From: Wolbachia endosymbiont of Armadillidium arcangelii
GTDB lineage: Bacteria > Pseudomonadota > Alphaproteobacteria > Rickettsiales > Anaplasmataceae
Direction: 5' to 3'
NCBI RefSeq assembly: GCF_040207875.1
Contig: NZ_CP157942.1
Coordinates: forward strand, 845,001 to 877,000
DNA: 32,000 nt
Shown: positions 10,033 to 19,404 of the stretch, piece by piece
Position numbering within the stretch: position 1 is the stretch's first letter
Layout: each line of letters starts with the position of its first letter
The notes under the pieces: generated by a model
What the model saw: the letters and a program-made list of their open reading frames with translations, nothing else
Told to the model about the DNA's origin: nothing
Database searches by the model: none
Translations under genes and position numbers: made by a program

Positions 10033-10749
10033 TCACTTCACTTGTTGCTGCACTGAGTGACTTGAGTTCATACTAGCACCCTGATTTTCTGCATAACTTT
10101 CTCTACAGGAATTTGACGAAGAGTTTACTATATCGCCATACTCTAAATCTTTTACTGCTTCCAAGACTCCCTCCTCAATTTTTTTTATAATCTCTAGACT
10201 TAAGTTAGGGTAAAATTTATTTAACGCTTCTCTTATGTGAATCGTATACTTTTTATCTATATCAATATATTCGCCATCTTGTCTGCTCTTCTCACATCCT
10301 CTTCGATCACATTCATCAATTTGCTCTTCAAGGCTACACTTTTTTAATATGTCACAATTTATGTTTGCTTTTACTTCTTCGCTTATTTTTTTCTCTAATT
10401 CATCCTTGGTTTCATCATCAATCTCAAACTTAAGATCTTTCATTATCTCATTTTTTATCTTTTCTTTCAATTCATTCTCAGTCTTATCACCAATCTCAAA
10501 CTTAAGACCTTTCTCTAGCTCACTCTTAATATCTTCTTTCAGTTCATTTTTAGTCTTATCATCAATCTTACACTTAAGATCTTTACCATATTTATCATAA
10601 ATCAACTTACTCTTATTGACTTTACAATCATCCAATTTTGTGAACAAATTAACTTTCACCATGTCACTAACAGAACATGTATCAGGTGGTAATGAACATG
10701 CACGACTTGTATTTTTTTGATTTGAATAAAAATAGGTACTTTTTAACAT
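10033..10749 (-). CDS. Hypothetical acidic/lysine-rich coiled protein with three ~24-aa tandem repeats
   Basis: 238-aa ORF; LKCKIDDKTKNELKEDIKSELEKG / LKFEIGDKTENELKEKIKNEIMKD / LKFEIDDETKDELEKKISEEVKAN. Confidence 0.5.
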   Translation of the reverse strand: MLKSTYFYSNQKNTSRACSLPPDTCSVSDMVKVNLFTKLDDCKVNKSKLIYDKYGKDLKCKIDDKTKNELKEDIKSELEKGLKFEIGDKTENELKEKIKNEIMKDLKFEIDDETKDELEKKISEEVKANINCDILKKCSLEEQIDECDRRGCEKSRQDGEYIDIDKKYTIHIREALNKFYPNLSLEIIKKIEEGVLEAVKDLEYGDIVNSSSNSCRESYAENQGASMNSSHSVQQQVK

Positions 10750-11021
10750 AAAATGACTCCATTAGTAAATAAATTTATTAAACATAAAATGAAGTGTGTA
10801 CTAACAATGTACATATTTCACTACTTTCATATAATATAAACAGTACTTTCTGGCACTGACACATTGTAAGCAGAAAAGAAAAGTTCTCTATCTACTATAG
10901 AGTTATTCACCGCCTCTACGCATCTATCACATTCAGAATTGCCGTGACAACTGCCCGCAATTCTACCGTCTACAATCTCAAGGAGAGTAGACCAGGAGAA
11001 CTTCCCTCCTGGCCCCTCGCA

Positions 11022-11055
11022 GAACCCTACGCGAGACTCTTGCCTCATAAGGCTC
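11022..11055 (-). ncRNA. Group II intron domain V
   Basis: 34 nt, 5'-GAGCCTTATGAGGCAAGAGTCTCGCGTAGGGTTC-3' on the minus strand; GAGCC/GGTTC ends pair and length matches canonical D5. Followed by D6-like hairpin GGCCAGGAG...CTCCTGGTCTACTC (about 10982-11019). Confidence 0.8.
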
Positions 11056-11712
11056 CCACTAGTCATTGCCCTAATCCTATACTTAATTTCCAGTGCACAA
11101 AAAGATTTGGTCTACTCTTTGCGATTCTTTCTAGTAACTTAGCTGCTTTGGTCTTATGCCTATTCAGCTTCTTGTACTTTGTCTGCAACCACTTTCTGAG
11201 TTTCCTATTAAACATTCTTATTATGCTATCTAGTGCAGTTATATGATGCTTCCCGTAATAGTTAAACCACCCTCTCAGGATTGGATTACATATTCGTGAT
11301 ATATCTTCTATTTCCAAGTTTGTTCTTCTAGCAAATTTCCAGCTTCTAATTTCTTTCTTCATCTTGTTCAGGCTTTCTTTACTTACAGTTGGAGTAAAAC
11401 TTACAAACAGACTACTATCTTTTCTATTTCGTACAAGTCTTTTTCGAAATTCATATCCAAGAAATGTAAATGACACATTCTCATGATTATCCATTCGTTT
11501 TCCATCTTGACAGTAGATAATTTTGGTCTTTGTATGCTTTACTTCCAATTTGCAAATCTTCAGTCTCTGTTCAAGTTGAGTTAAAAATAGTTGTGCTTGG
11601 TACACAATGTATAACACCATCATCAGCATATCTTGCCCACTTTACACTTGGATATTCTCTTCTCATCCATGCATCAAAGCTGTAGTGCATGAATAGATTG
11701 CTTAAGATAGGA

Positions 11713-13295
11713 CTAACTACCCCGCCAACAATGTTGCAAATTTTTCTTTTCTTCTCGATTATTTCCAGGAGAGTTTGGTAGCTCTTTTACACGAAATACC
11801 ACATTTACGTCCTCAAGGTTAATTTCAATTCTCTTGACTAACGTTCTAATAATATCACGTTTAGTTAGCCAGCCTGCGTTATCAAGGTTTGATGTAATAT
11901 TGGAAGAAAAGTCTTCTAAATTGGTTATAACCAAAGTTAATTCCTGTTTTAATTTCTTTTGATCGAATATCCTTTTCTTCTCCTCTTCAATTGTTTTTAA
12001 ACTTTGTTTCATTGCTTTAATTCGTGGTTCAAATTCTTCTTGATTATTGAGCATAACTATCAATAAGTCTAGCAATACCACGTTTTAATTTATTTTCTTG
12101 TTTCTCTAGTAAATCGCTTTTTTGATCCCATGATGATTTTTTAAGCTCTGAAAGTCTACGCCTGTATTCTTCCAAAACCCTATTTGGATTTTTCAATAAA
12201 TGCTTAACCTCTTCCCACACGGCTGTTTCTAATGCATCTGTACGAATGTGTTTATTATCACAAATTTTATTACCACCAAAACGGTAAGAATCTCTACCTA
12301 TACAACGATAATAAGCATAATGATCAATTTTTTCTCCTCGCTTATTTCTTACAGGACTTCCGTAATATGCATAACGACAACGCTTACATACTTGTAGTGA
12401 ATGTTTTGCTCCTCTTTCTCTTGTCCTTGCTATTTTTCTATTTTCAGCTAATTGTTCTTGAGCTATATCAAATACATCTTCGTCCACTATATTTGGCACT
12501 TTAACATAAATCCAATTTGCTTTTTCAACAGAATAGGTAGAGTAATTATCTTTCGGTTGTTCACAAGAATGTTTCTGTGGTCTGATATGTTGTACCTACT
12601 TTTGTTTTACCAAAAGCCGCTTGTCCTTTGTAAGCAGGATTTTTTAACATACCCCAAATCACACTTCTATCCCAGCACTTTTTTCCTGTTCGTGTTATAA
12701 TAGACATAGTGTTTAGCCGACGACACACTTCCCCAACTTTCTCTTCCTACCCACAAAAATACTTTCCTAACAATATTAGCTTCTTCTTCGTTTATTTCAA
12801 ATAAAGCTTGTCCTCCTCCCATATATTTATCTATATAACGATAACCATAAGGAGCTCCTCCCATTACGCTTACACAACCTTTATTAGCTGCGTAAATCTT
12901 TCCGCGACGACTTCGTTCCATAATTTTCGCTCGTTCATATTCTGCTATCATACCTTGCATTTGTAACAGTAACTGAGATTCTGGATTATTGTTAATCTCA
13001 TAATTTAAGAAAACCGTTTCTGCTCCTGCTTTCTCAAATTCTTCAAATTTGATATGCATATTTCCTAGATAAGCGATCAGGTGAATGAATCTATCAATTT
13101 TACCTTCTGTTACTTTATCATGTAATTTTTCTAGATCAGGACGGACTAACACTGTAGCCATTGTCAATAAATTTATACTCACTTGTACCCATCCGTACTA
13201 ATTTGCTTCTCTAAAGCTGCAACTTGACTTGCTATTGTATTTTCTTGTGCTTGTTTCCCTGAAGAAACTCTTGCATATAAACTCACTGTTACCAT
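11713..13295 (-). pseudogene. Large serine recombinase (phage-type integrase), multiply frameshifted
   Basis: ATG at 13295 preceded by AAGGAGGA reads MVTVSLYARVSSGKQAQENTIASQVAALEKQISTDGYK; then VRPDLEKLHDKVTEGKIDRFI...MIAEYERAKIMERSRRGK...GGAPYGYRYI; zinc-ribbon CKRCRYAYYG...YYRC; C-terminal coiled segment. Split over several frames (ORFs 12667..13182, 12044..12499, 11713..12081). Confidence 0.88.
11718..11740. repeat. Left copy of 23-bp inverted repeat flanking the serine recombinase
   Basis: taccccgccaacaatgttgcaaa; exact reverse complement of 13587-13609. Confidence 0.9.
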
Positions 13296-13586
13296 TTGAT
13301 CCTCCTTGAATCCCATTTTTATGTTTTAAATTTTTTTGGCTTACTTGCTTTGACACGGCTTTTTCATAAGCATCTAACAAATACTTTTCTGCCAACTGGT
13401 TAGTTTCATAGCTACAGCTAATCCGTATAGCTAATCTCTTATTCCCCATGAACTTTCCTTGAAATAATATGTTCATATCATTCATTGAAACTGATGGTTA
13501 ATTGATTGTTGGCACTATAAATAAATGGCACTCTTGTTTTTGGACATAGAAGTTTTCGAGAAATGCTTTTCTCTAATTTTACGTTT

Positions 13587-13609
13587 TTTGCAACATTGTT
13601 GGCGGGGTA
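13587..13609. repeat. Right copy of 23-bp inverted repeat flanking the serine recombinase
   Basis: tttgcaacattgttggcggggta; exact reverse complement of 11718-11740. Confidence 0.9.
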
Positions 13610-13616
13610 ATTACAC

Positions 13617-15191
13617 CACTGCCATTAAGTTAAGGGAAAGAGAAGTTAAGATTGGACAAAAAATTTGAAGCGATTGATAATTATGGTAAATACTAGGGTG
13701 AATTTTTAAGAAAAGGGAGTCTGAAAAGTGCAAGTTATTTAAAAAAGTAATAATTGCAGGTTATTTTGCAAAGAATGTACTAATGCAATGATACTGAAAA
13801 GATATCTTGAATTTAAAACACATGTTTTCTAGCTCTTTTCTGGTAGTTGAGTGAACGAATATCAGATATCTTATGACGATCAACTCTTCTCCCTTTTCTT
13901 ACCACTAAAGTGTTCATCAAAAATAACTGTGATAGTCGATCCATAATGCAGTCTATGTCTGACTCTGTAGAAAAAATATCAAAGGCTAAGTTTTTAATCG
14001 CATTAAATGAGACAGATTTATTGATGCTTTTTTTTAGTTTACTATTCTGTGCGCTCAATGTCTCTTCATCATCTTCTATCATGATACTTTCTAGATTACT
14101 GATGAAGATAGTTGACCAAAAATCCTGCTTGATAGTTTCAATACTTTTTCCTGTGAAATTCTCTAAATTTAATCTTCCCTTCAGCCTAGAAAAAAATGTT
14201 TCTACTCCCCAGCGCAAGTAATATAATCTCTCAAACTCTTCGACTGTAAAACTTTGCTCATCTAACAGAGATGTTACTAACACTTCAACTTCTCCAGAAG
14301 AAAGTATTATTTTGACTAACCTGAATTTCATCTCATCAGGTAATCCTAGCTTTCGTAGCTGTCTTGCTACTTTAATAGGTGCGGTAGACACTACCACCAT
14401 ACTAGATGGGCTTTCCGGCTTAAACATAGCGTTTATTTCATTGAAAGACGAACTTGGACAGCGAATTATATAATTGATTTTCCTTCCTGTAAGCTCAGCA
14501 AGAAATCGATAAGATACGTATCCTCTATCACAGATTAACAAATCGTCTGATTTTATGGATTCAAGCATACCGATCGCTAAATCAACCTCATAGCTGTCAC
14601 CTCTACTTAGCACAGATTTTATTGCAATATTATTTAGCACATCGTAGCAAACTTCAAAGGTTGCACTTGTATAGTCTTCAAATCTCTGGATTCCATTCCA
14701 TACTGCTCTTGAGCCAAACTCGCCTATTATTTTGTCGCTCTTTGGCAGAATCAGTATTGAAGCATCAAATGCAAGTACTCTGAAGCCATGGTGGGTTTTA
14801 AATTCCTGATCTTGGTAGTATAGGGAAACTATATCATCATTTAACTCTGAAAACGCAGTATGCTTTAGCTTCTTTCTTGCTTGAGTAAATGCACTTGCCG
14901 TAATTGTGTAATCTTTTCTTGTATGCAGAACAAACTCATTAAGCATTACTTGTAATGACTTTACACTCTTTCTAAAAATCAGGAGAAATACATTAATGAA
15001 GGGCAGCTTTCTTTTTCGTGAGAAGTCTTTTGAGGATGCTCTGTGTGCGTTTATAAAGTTTAAACTCATCAATTTATTTTTTATAAACATGATTATTCTT
15101 TTTTTTACTCATGTCATTACTTCTTTTAATTTGTGGATCTTACCTGATTTTACAATACAGTCCATCACTTTCCCTTAACTTAATGGCAGTG
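13617..15191 (-). mobile_element. IS4-family insertion sequence
   Basis: 24-bp perfect TIRs cactgccattaagttaagggaaag (13617-13640) / ctttcccttaacttaatggcagtg (15168-15191) enclosing one full-length transposase ORF. Confidence 0.85.
13813..15090 (-). CDS. IS4-family transposase (DDE)
   Basis: 425 aa; FRVLAFDASILILPKS..., DLLICDRGYVSYRFLAEL, YYLRWGVETFFSRLKGRLNLENFTGKSIETIKQDFWSTIFISNL (Y-(2)-R-(3)-E-(6)-K signature). Confidence 0.9.
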   Translation of the reverse strand: MFIKNKLMSLNFINAHRASSKDFSRKRKLPFINVFLLIFRKSVKSLQVMLNEFVLHTRKDYTITASAFTQARKKLKHTAFSELNDDIVSLYYQDQEFKTHHGFRVLAFDASILILPKSDKIIGEFGSRAVWNGIQRFEDYTSATFEVCYDVLNNIAIKSVLSRGDSYEVDLAIGMLESIKSDDLLICDRGYVSYRFLAELTGRKINYIIRCPSSSFNEINAMFKPESPSSMVVVSTAPIKVARQLRKLGLPDEMKFRLVKIILSSGEVEVLVTSLLDEQSFTVEEFERLYYLRWGVETFFSRLKGRLNLENFTGKSIETIKQDFWSTIFISNLESIMIEDDEETLSAQNSKLKKSINKSVSFNAIKNLAFDIFSTESDIDCIMDRLSQLFLMNTLVVRKGRRVDRHKISDIRSLNYQKRARKHVF

Positions 15192-15450
15192 ATTTAAGTA
15201 CCGGCTTAACTAAGGTTAAATTAAGCAAAGCATGTGAGCAATTAGGGTTGGGTAATTAAGAGGTATTTATAAGGCAATTCTATAAAACAGGTGGTGGTTT
15301 CTTGTTACTACTTTAGCTTCTATCAAAAAGGTGTTGCGTTATAATACAAATGTTGTATGCGCAAGTTAGCATGTAGATAAGGAAAGCTTATATTGTTGAT
15401 ATCTCTGATAGTAAATAGTGAGTTTAGCATAATATAATGAAGGGGGCTTT

Positions 15451-18400
15451 ATGTTTAAGACACAATATCCAACAAATCATCTAAAAAAAGAAGGCGTTAA
15501 TTTAAAGATTACCGAATTATCGGATAAAATACAATATATAGAACAAGCTAAAGAATTTCCTCAATTTAAGCGTTATCGGAGGTCTGATTCCGAAAGTGAA
15601 AGTAGATTTAAAAGAATCGATGTTCCAGGAGACGGTAGTTGCTTATTTTGGTCTGTTACTATGGCTTACTTAATACCTGCCAGAGACGACGGTGCTCTAT
15701 TTCGGCAAAGGTATGAAGCTTTGTTTGGAAGTGAAGAAGCTGTAACTCAAAACTTAGATCATATTAGGAGTTTGGTCCGGAATTTAAGTACTGCCAATTA
15801 TGATGATGCATTTGCAAACTTAGTGAGAAACGTGTTTCGCAACCGAGTAGTTGATCATATAAGTTCTCATGAGAACGAGTTTAGAGGTTTTGTTACAGGC
15901 AGTTTTGAGAATTATTTAGAAAACATGAGGAAATCCAATACTTGGGGAGGTGAACCTGAAATAAAAGCAATGAGCAAGATGCTTAGTGCAAGGATTAGTG
16001 TTTCTGGTGCAACTAGAAGTCAATATAACAGTGGGAATATTCAAATACAGTTATTTCATGTTGGCGCACCAGGTAAACGAAATCATTATAACTTTGGTCT
16101 TGAGGGAGGTATTGTCGATAATGATGTAGAGCTTGCGAAAGGTTTAAAAAAAGTCATGGGTAAAGGAAAGCCACAAGATTTTGAACTAATACAGTTATTA
16201 ATAGAGGAAGCAGGTAAAGAAGTCGGTATAAGCCGGCAAGATGAAGACTTTAAGTCTTTTGAACTGAGATTTCAGTCATTTGTGGATCAGATTCCATCTT
16301 ATTTACACTCTGTAGGAAAAGCAGGATTTTTTACACACTTTTTCTTAGGGAGCTTTTCTACTTTGCTGGACACAGAGGTGGCCAAAAAATTAGGTATCAA
16401 GGAGATTTATTTTCGCTTTGATGGTGCAAAGACTTTGAAGGTAGCTGTCATAAAAAATGGTGAGATAAATAGTCAGGAAGATGTAGTCGATAAAGTAAAA
16501 TTATTTGTTATCTCAGAAAGCGGTTCTCGCACTTACACTCAAGAGTTTGATCAAGGTGAATTAAAGGGAGTATTAGGCAAACATTATTCTTTTATTGAAG
16601 ATCATTTAGATAAAATTAAAGTTAAATCAATAGAAATTATTAAGGATACCGTTCATCAGGGAAAAATAGTTGTTGACGTAAAAGATAAAGGAGTGGACAT
16701 AGAACATAATTCTGAAGTTCAGTTTAAAAAAGTGAGAAAAGGGTTATGGAGGGGTCTCGAAGTCGATATAGCGAAGCTAGCTATTTCCAATCAGCGAACA
16801 GTTAAAGCGTCTTTAAGGAGAATTCTTGATAAGATTTACACAACTCACTCTGAATATGTAGACTCACTAATCTATGCCAGTAGAGCGCGCGAAGCAGCAC
16901 ATCATGGATTTATGGTAGGCGTTTTCATGAATTTCCACTATAGGTATAATCTTAGAGTCTACCCAGAGCAATTTGCAGGAAGGGGTTATGCAGATATTGT
17001 TTTAGTGCCACGTGGTCCTGATCGTGCATTAAATTCTATTCCCATTATTATTGAATTAAAAGCGGGAGCAGATTCTAATTCTACTCCAGATAAGGCTTTG
17101 GAACAAGCAGAAAAGTATGCACAAGGCTTCCAACCAAATGTTCAGCGAGTTTTAACCACTGCAGATGATATTTTATATGTTGGTGTCAATCTTGATAGTC
17201 CATCTCCTATTTCTGATATTAAAGTATCAAATCGTGGGGGAGAAATAATTCCTCTTTTTCAAGATATACTAGAATCTACTAAGGATTGGGACACACAGAC
17301 AATCGGTAAAAAAGAATTAAAAGAACGGGTAAAAGATAATTTGGAGCGTATTTATCATACATTTCCTGGTACACCAGAGAAGGGAGATAATCATTATTTC
17401 AGTAGGTTTTTGCTAGGGCAGTCATTATTATTAAGTGAAGATTCAGGAACAAGTTTAAAAAAGTACATTTTTATTTATGGAGATAATATACCTACCGAAG
17501 TGCATCCCGATTCTGGTAGACCTGTACGTCTAGTAGTTCAAAGAAACAGAGAAGAATCATCAACTAACCTTGATGCGAGCCACGCAGCTGTAACAATGGT
17601 GCTTATTCCAGAAAATACAGGGAAGTTGGTTTATGTAATAAATATTGTTGAAGCTAACAGAAAGGATGTACTAAATAAAGCGCTTCCTCTTGATAGATTA
17701 GGTAGAGAGATAGGAGATAGGGAAATAGTCGAATTAAATCTTAATTTTGATACTAGATACAAGTTAAAATTTGAAAGATACCTTACTGTTAAAGCTAATG
17801 AGCCTATTTCTCTAGAGCAGTATAATGAAAGAGGAGTTGATAAGTTTCAAGGTACTTTTAAGAATGTTCCCTATCCTAATGAGTTAAAAGAAACATTTGA
17901 TAAAGCACTAGATGCTCAGTCTTCGTCAGTAAACGAATATAACAGATTGTTAGAAAAAATTGGAGAGGGAATATTTCCTTTTAAGACTCTCGTTAATAAA
18001 GAAGCTCATTTCCAGGGAATATTGAATGGAGTGTTTAGTTATTATAGTGACTTAAAATTACAAGAATCACCGGAAACTAGAGCATTAGTTTTAACTGAGT
18101 TTCAAACTGGTAGAGGGGAACGTATTGACATGCTAGTTCATGGTATTAAGTTTGTGGCTCAAGGTGGAAATGCTGAGGAGTACACTCCAATAGGATTGGA
18201 GCTTAAGACATCAAGGCAGGGTAAAGGAGCTAAAGCTCTGTTGAAGGAAGCAAATGACCAGATAAATAAAGAGTATGAAAAAGGTGTTACTTATAAAACA
18301 TTAACAGATGGTGATGAGGTGAAATTTATCGGTGTTGTTTTCGACAAAGGAGCTCATAATGCAAATTCACTTATTTTAACAAGCAGAACAAACGAGGAAG

Positions 18401-19404
18401 GATTTATTTCTGTTGATGTAATTCATAGCTCAGAATATGTGTTGCTTGATGTAGGTCAATGCTCTGGAAGAAATAGACGTAGTATAGGTATGATCTGTGT
18501 AGACTCACGTGATGAAGAAGACATAACAGAAGAAGAAAAAGAACAATGTATTAAAGAGTTATTCAATGCTGACAAGGTAGCAGAAAGAGTAAAGAATATT
18601 GAGTTTTATGATCAGCTTTTCAAGGTTTCTCAGAAGATATCTGAAGGTGAAATTATAGACAAAAATGTTGAAGAAGCATTTGTAGCAAAGATTAAAGACA
18701 TAGATCTGGATTCAATAGACCCAGAGATTAGAGATATTGTGAAGGAGATGAAAGAAGATAAAGAAGAAATAAAAAATATTCTAAGAAGCTCTGGATTAAA
18801 GGAAAAAATAGAGAGGGTGGCAGGAGATGCAGGCCTTACTTATAGAAAATTCTTAAATGATGAGAAGAGTGAATATCGCAATTTTATCAGCAGGATTACT
18901 AATAATAAAGAAGCCATGAATCATCTTGGTAGAGTAGGCAAAATATCTGGCTGGGCTATGCATGGTATGATGTATAGAAATCTTATAGGGGATATTATAA
19001 GTGATAATGCTAAAGGTGTAGCTATTAACCTAGGTTTTATTGGGGGTGGTCCAGTGCTTAGTAAACTTGCAGAAGTTACGTATGCAAAAGGAGAACTTCT
19101 TGCTTTAGGGGGTAGGCGCATAGGTAAACTTCTAAAAGCAGGATCATCTTTCCTTGGTCGTGCCACCTTAGGTTATATGATCTATGATTTGGTAAATCAG
19201 GTTAAAGCTTACAAAGCTGGTAATAAGGATGCTTTAGCAGGAATAGTAGGTGATGGTGTTGCTATAACAACAGATGTGGCAGAGATTGGCATAGAAGTCG
19301 CTGAAGTTTATGGAATATTAGAAGGTGTATCATCAATTACTGGGCCCATAGGAGCTTGTAGTATTTATAGGTGTAGATATTTACATGGCTGTGAAGACAG
19401 TTGA
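15451..19404 (+). CDS. 5' part of giant modular toxin-like protein: OTU cysteine protease, two PD-(D/E)XK nuclease-like domains, pore-former-like hydrophobic region (CifB type V-like architecture)
   Basis: 1317 aa with RBS AAGGGGG. OTU: VPGDGSCLFWSV...HYNFG; nuclease 1: GRGYADIVLVP...PIIIELKAG...ALEQAEKY; nuclease 2: GERIDMLVHG...IGLELKTS...ANDQINKEY. Terminates early by a 1-nt shift near 19357. Confidence 0.8.
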   Translation: MFKTQYPTNHLKKEGVNLKITELSDKIQYIEQAKEFPQFKRYRRSDSESESRFKRIDVPGDGSCLFWSVTMAYLIPARDDGALFRQRYEALFGSEEAVTQNLDHIRSLVRNLSTANYDDAFANLVRNVFRNRVVDHISSHENEFRGFVTGSFENYLENMRKSNTWGGEPEIKAMSKMLSARISVSGATRSQYNSGNIQIQLFHVGAPGKRNHYNFGLEGGIVDNDVELAKGLKKVMGKGKPQDFELIQLLIEEAGKEVGISRQDEDFKSFELRFQSFVDQIPSYLHSVGKAGFFTHFFLGSFSTLLDTEVAKKLGIKEIYFRFDGAKTLKVAVIKNGEINSQEDVVDKVKLFVISESGSRTYTQEFDQGELKGVLGKHYSFIEDHLDKIKVKSIEIIKDTVHQGKIVVDVKDKGVDIEHNSEVQFKKVRKGLWRGLEVDIAKLAISNQRTVKASLRRILDKIYTTHSEYVDSLIYASRAREAAHHGFMVGVFMNFHYRYNLRVYPEQFAGRGYADIVLVPRGPDRALNSIPIIIELKAGADSNSTPDKALEQAEKYAQGFQPNVQRVLTTADDILYVGVNLDSPSPISDIKVSNRGGEIIPLFQDILESTKDWDTQTIGKKELKERVKDNLERIYHTFPGTPEKGDNHYFSRFLLGQSLLLSEDSGTSLKKYIFIYGDNIPTEVHPDSGRPVRLVVQRNREESSTNLDASHAAVTMVLIPENTGKLVYVINIVEANRKDVLNKALPLDRLGREIGDREIVELNLNFDTRYKLKFERYLTVKANEPISLEQYNERGVDKFQGTFKNVPYPNELKETFDKALDAQSSSVNEYNRLLEKIGEGIFPFKTLVNKEAHFQGILNGVFSYYSDLKLQESPETRALVLTEFQTGRGERIDMLVHGIKFVAQGGNAEEYTPIGLELKTSRQGKGAKALLKEANDQINKEYEKGVTYKTLTDGDEVKFIGVVFDKGAHNANSLILTSRTNEEGFISVDVIHSSEYVLLDVGQCSGRNRRSIGMICVDSRDEEDITEEEKEQCIKELFNADKVAERVKNIEFYDQLFKVSQKISEGEIIDKNVEEAFVAKIKDIDLDSIDPEIRDIVKEMKEDKEEIKNILRSSGLKEKIERVAGDAGLTYRKFLNDEKSEYRNFISRITNNKEAMNHLGRVGKISGWAMHGMMYRNLIGDIISDNAKGVAINLGFIGGGPVLSKLAEVTYAKGELLALGGRRIGKLLKAGSSFLGRATLGYMIYDLVNQVKAYKAGNKDALAGIVGDGVAITTDVAEIGIEVAEVYGILEGVSSITGPIGACSIYRCRYLHGCEDS

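Larger units (their letters stand above)
10982..11758 (-). pseudogene. 5'-truncated group II intron with RT/maturase C-terminal fragment and 3' ribozyme domains
   Basis: Minus strand reads GGVVSPILSNLFMHYSFDAWMRREYPSVKWARYADDGVIH, then (frame-disrupted) CKLEVKHTKTKIIYCQDGKRM...FTFLGYEFRKR...GWFNYYGK (maturase domain), followed by domain V/VI-like RNA hairpins. Confidence 0.8.

Noticed and set aside
10827-11246. ORFs 10827..11066 (-) and 10944..11246 (+)
   Set aside because: They lie across the group II intron D5/D6 RNA region and show no domain; structural RNA explains the sequence better.
13198-13485. 95-aa minus-strand ORF
   Set aside because: It covers the recombinase N-terminus in the wrong frame; the correct frame starts at 13295 and reads MVTVSLYARVSSGKQ.
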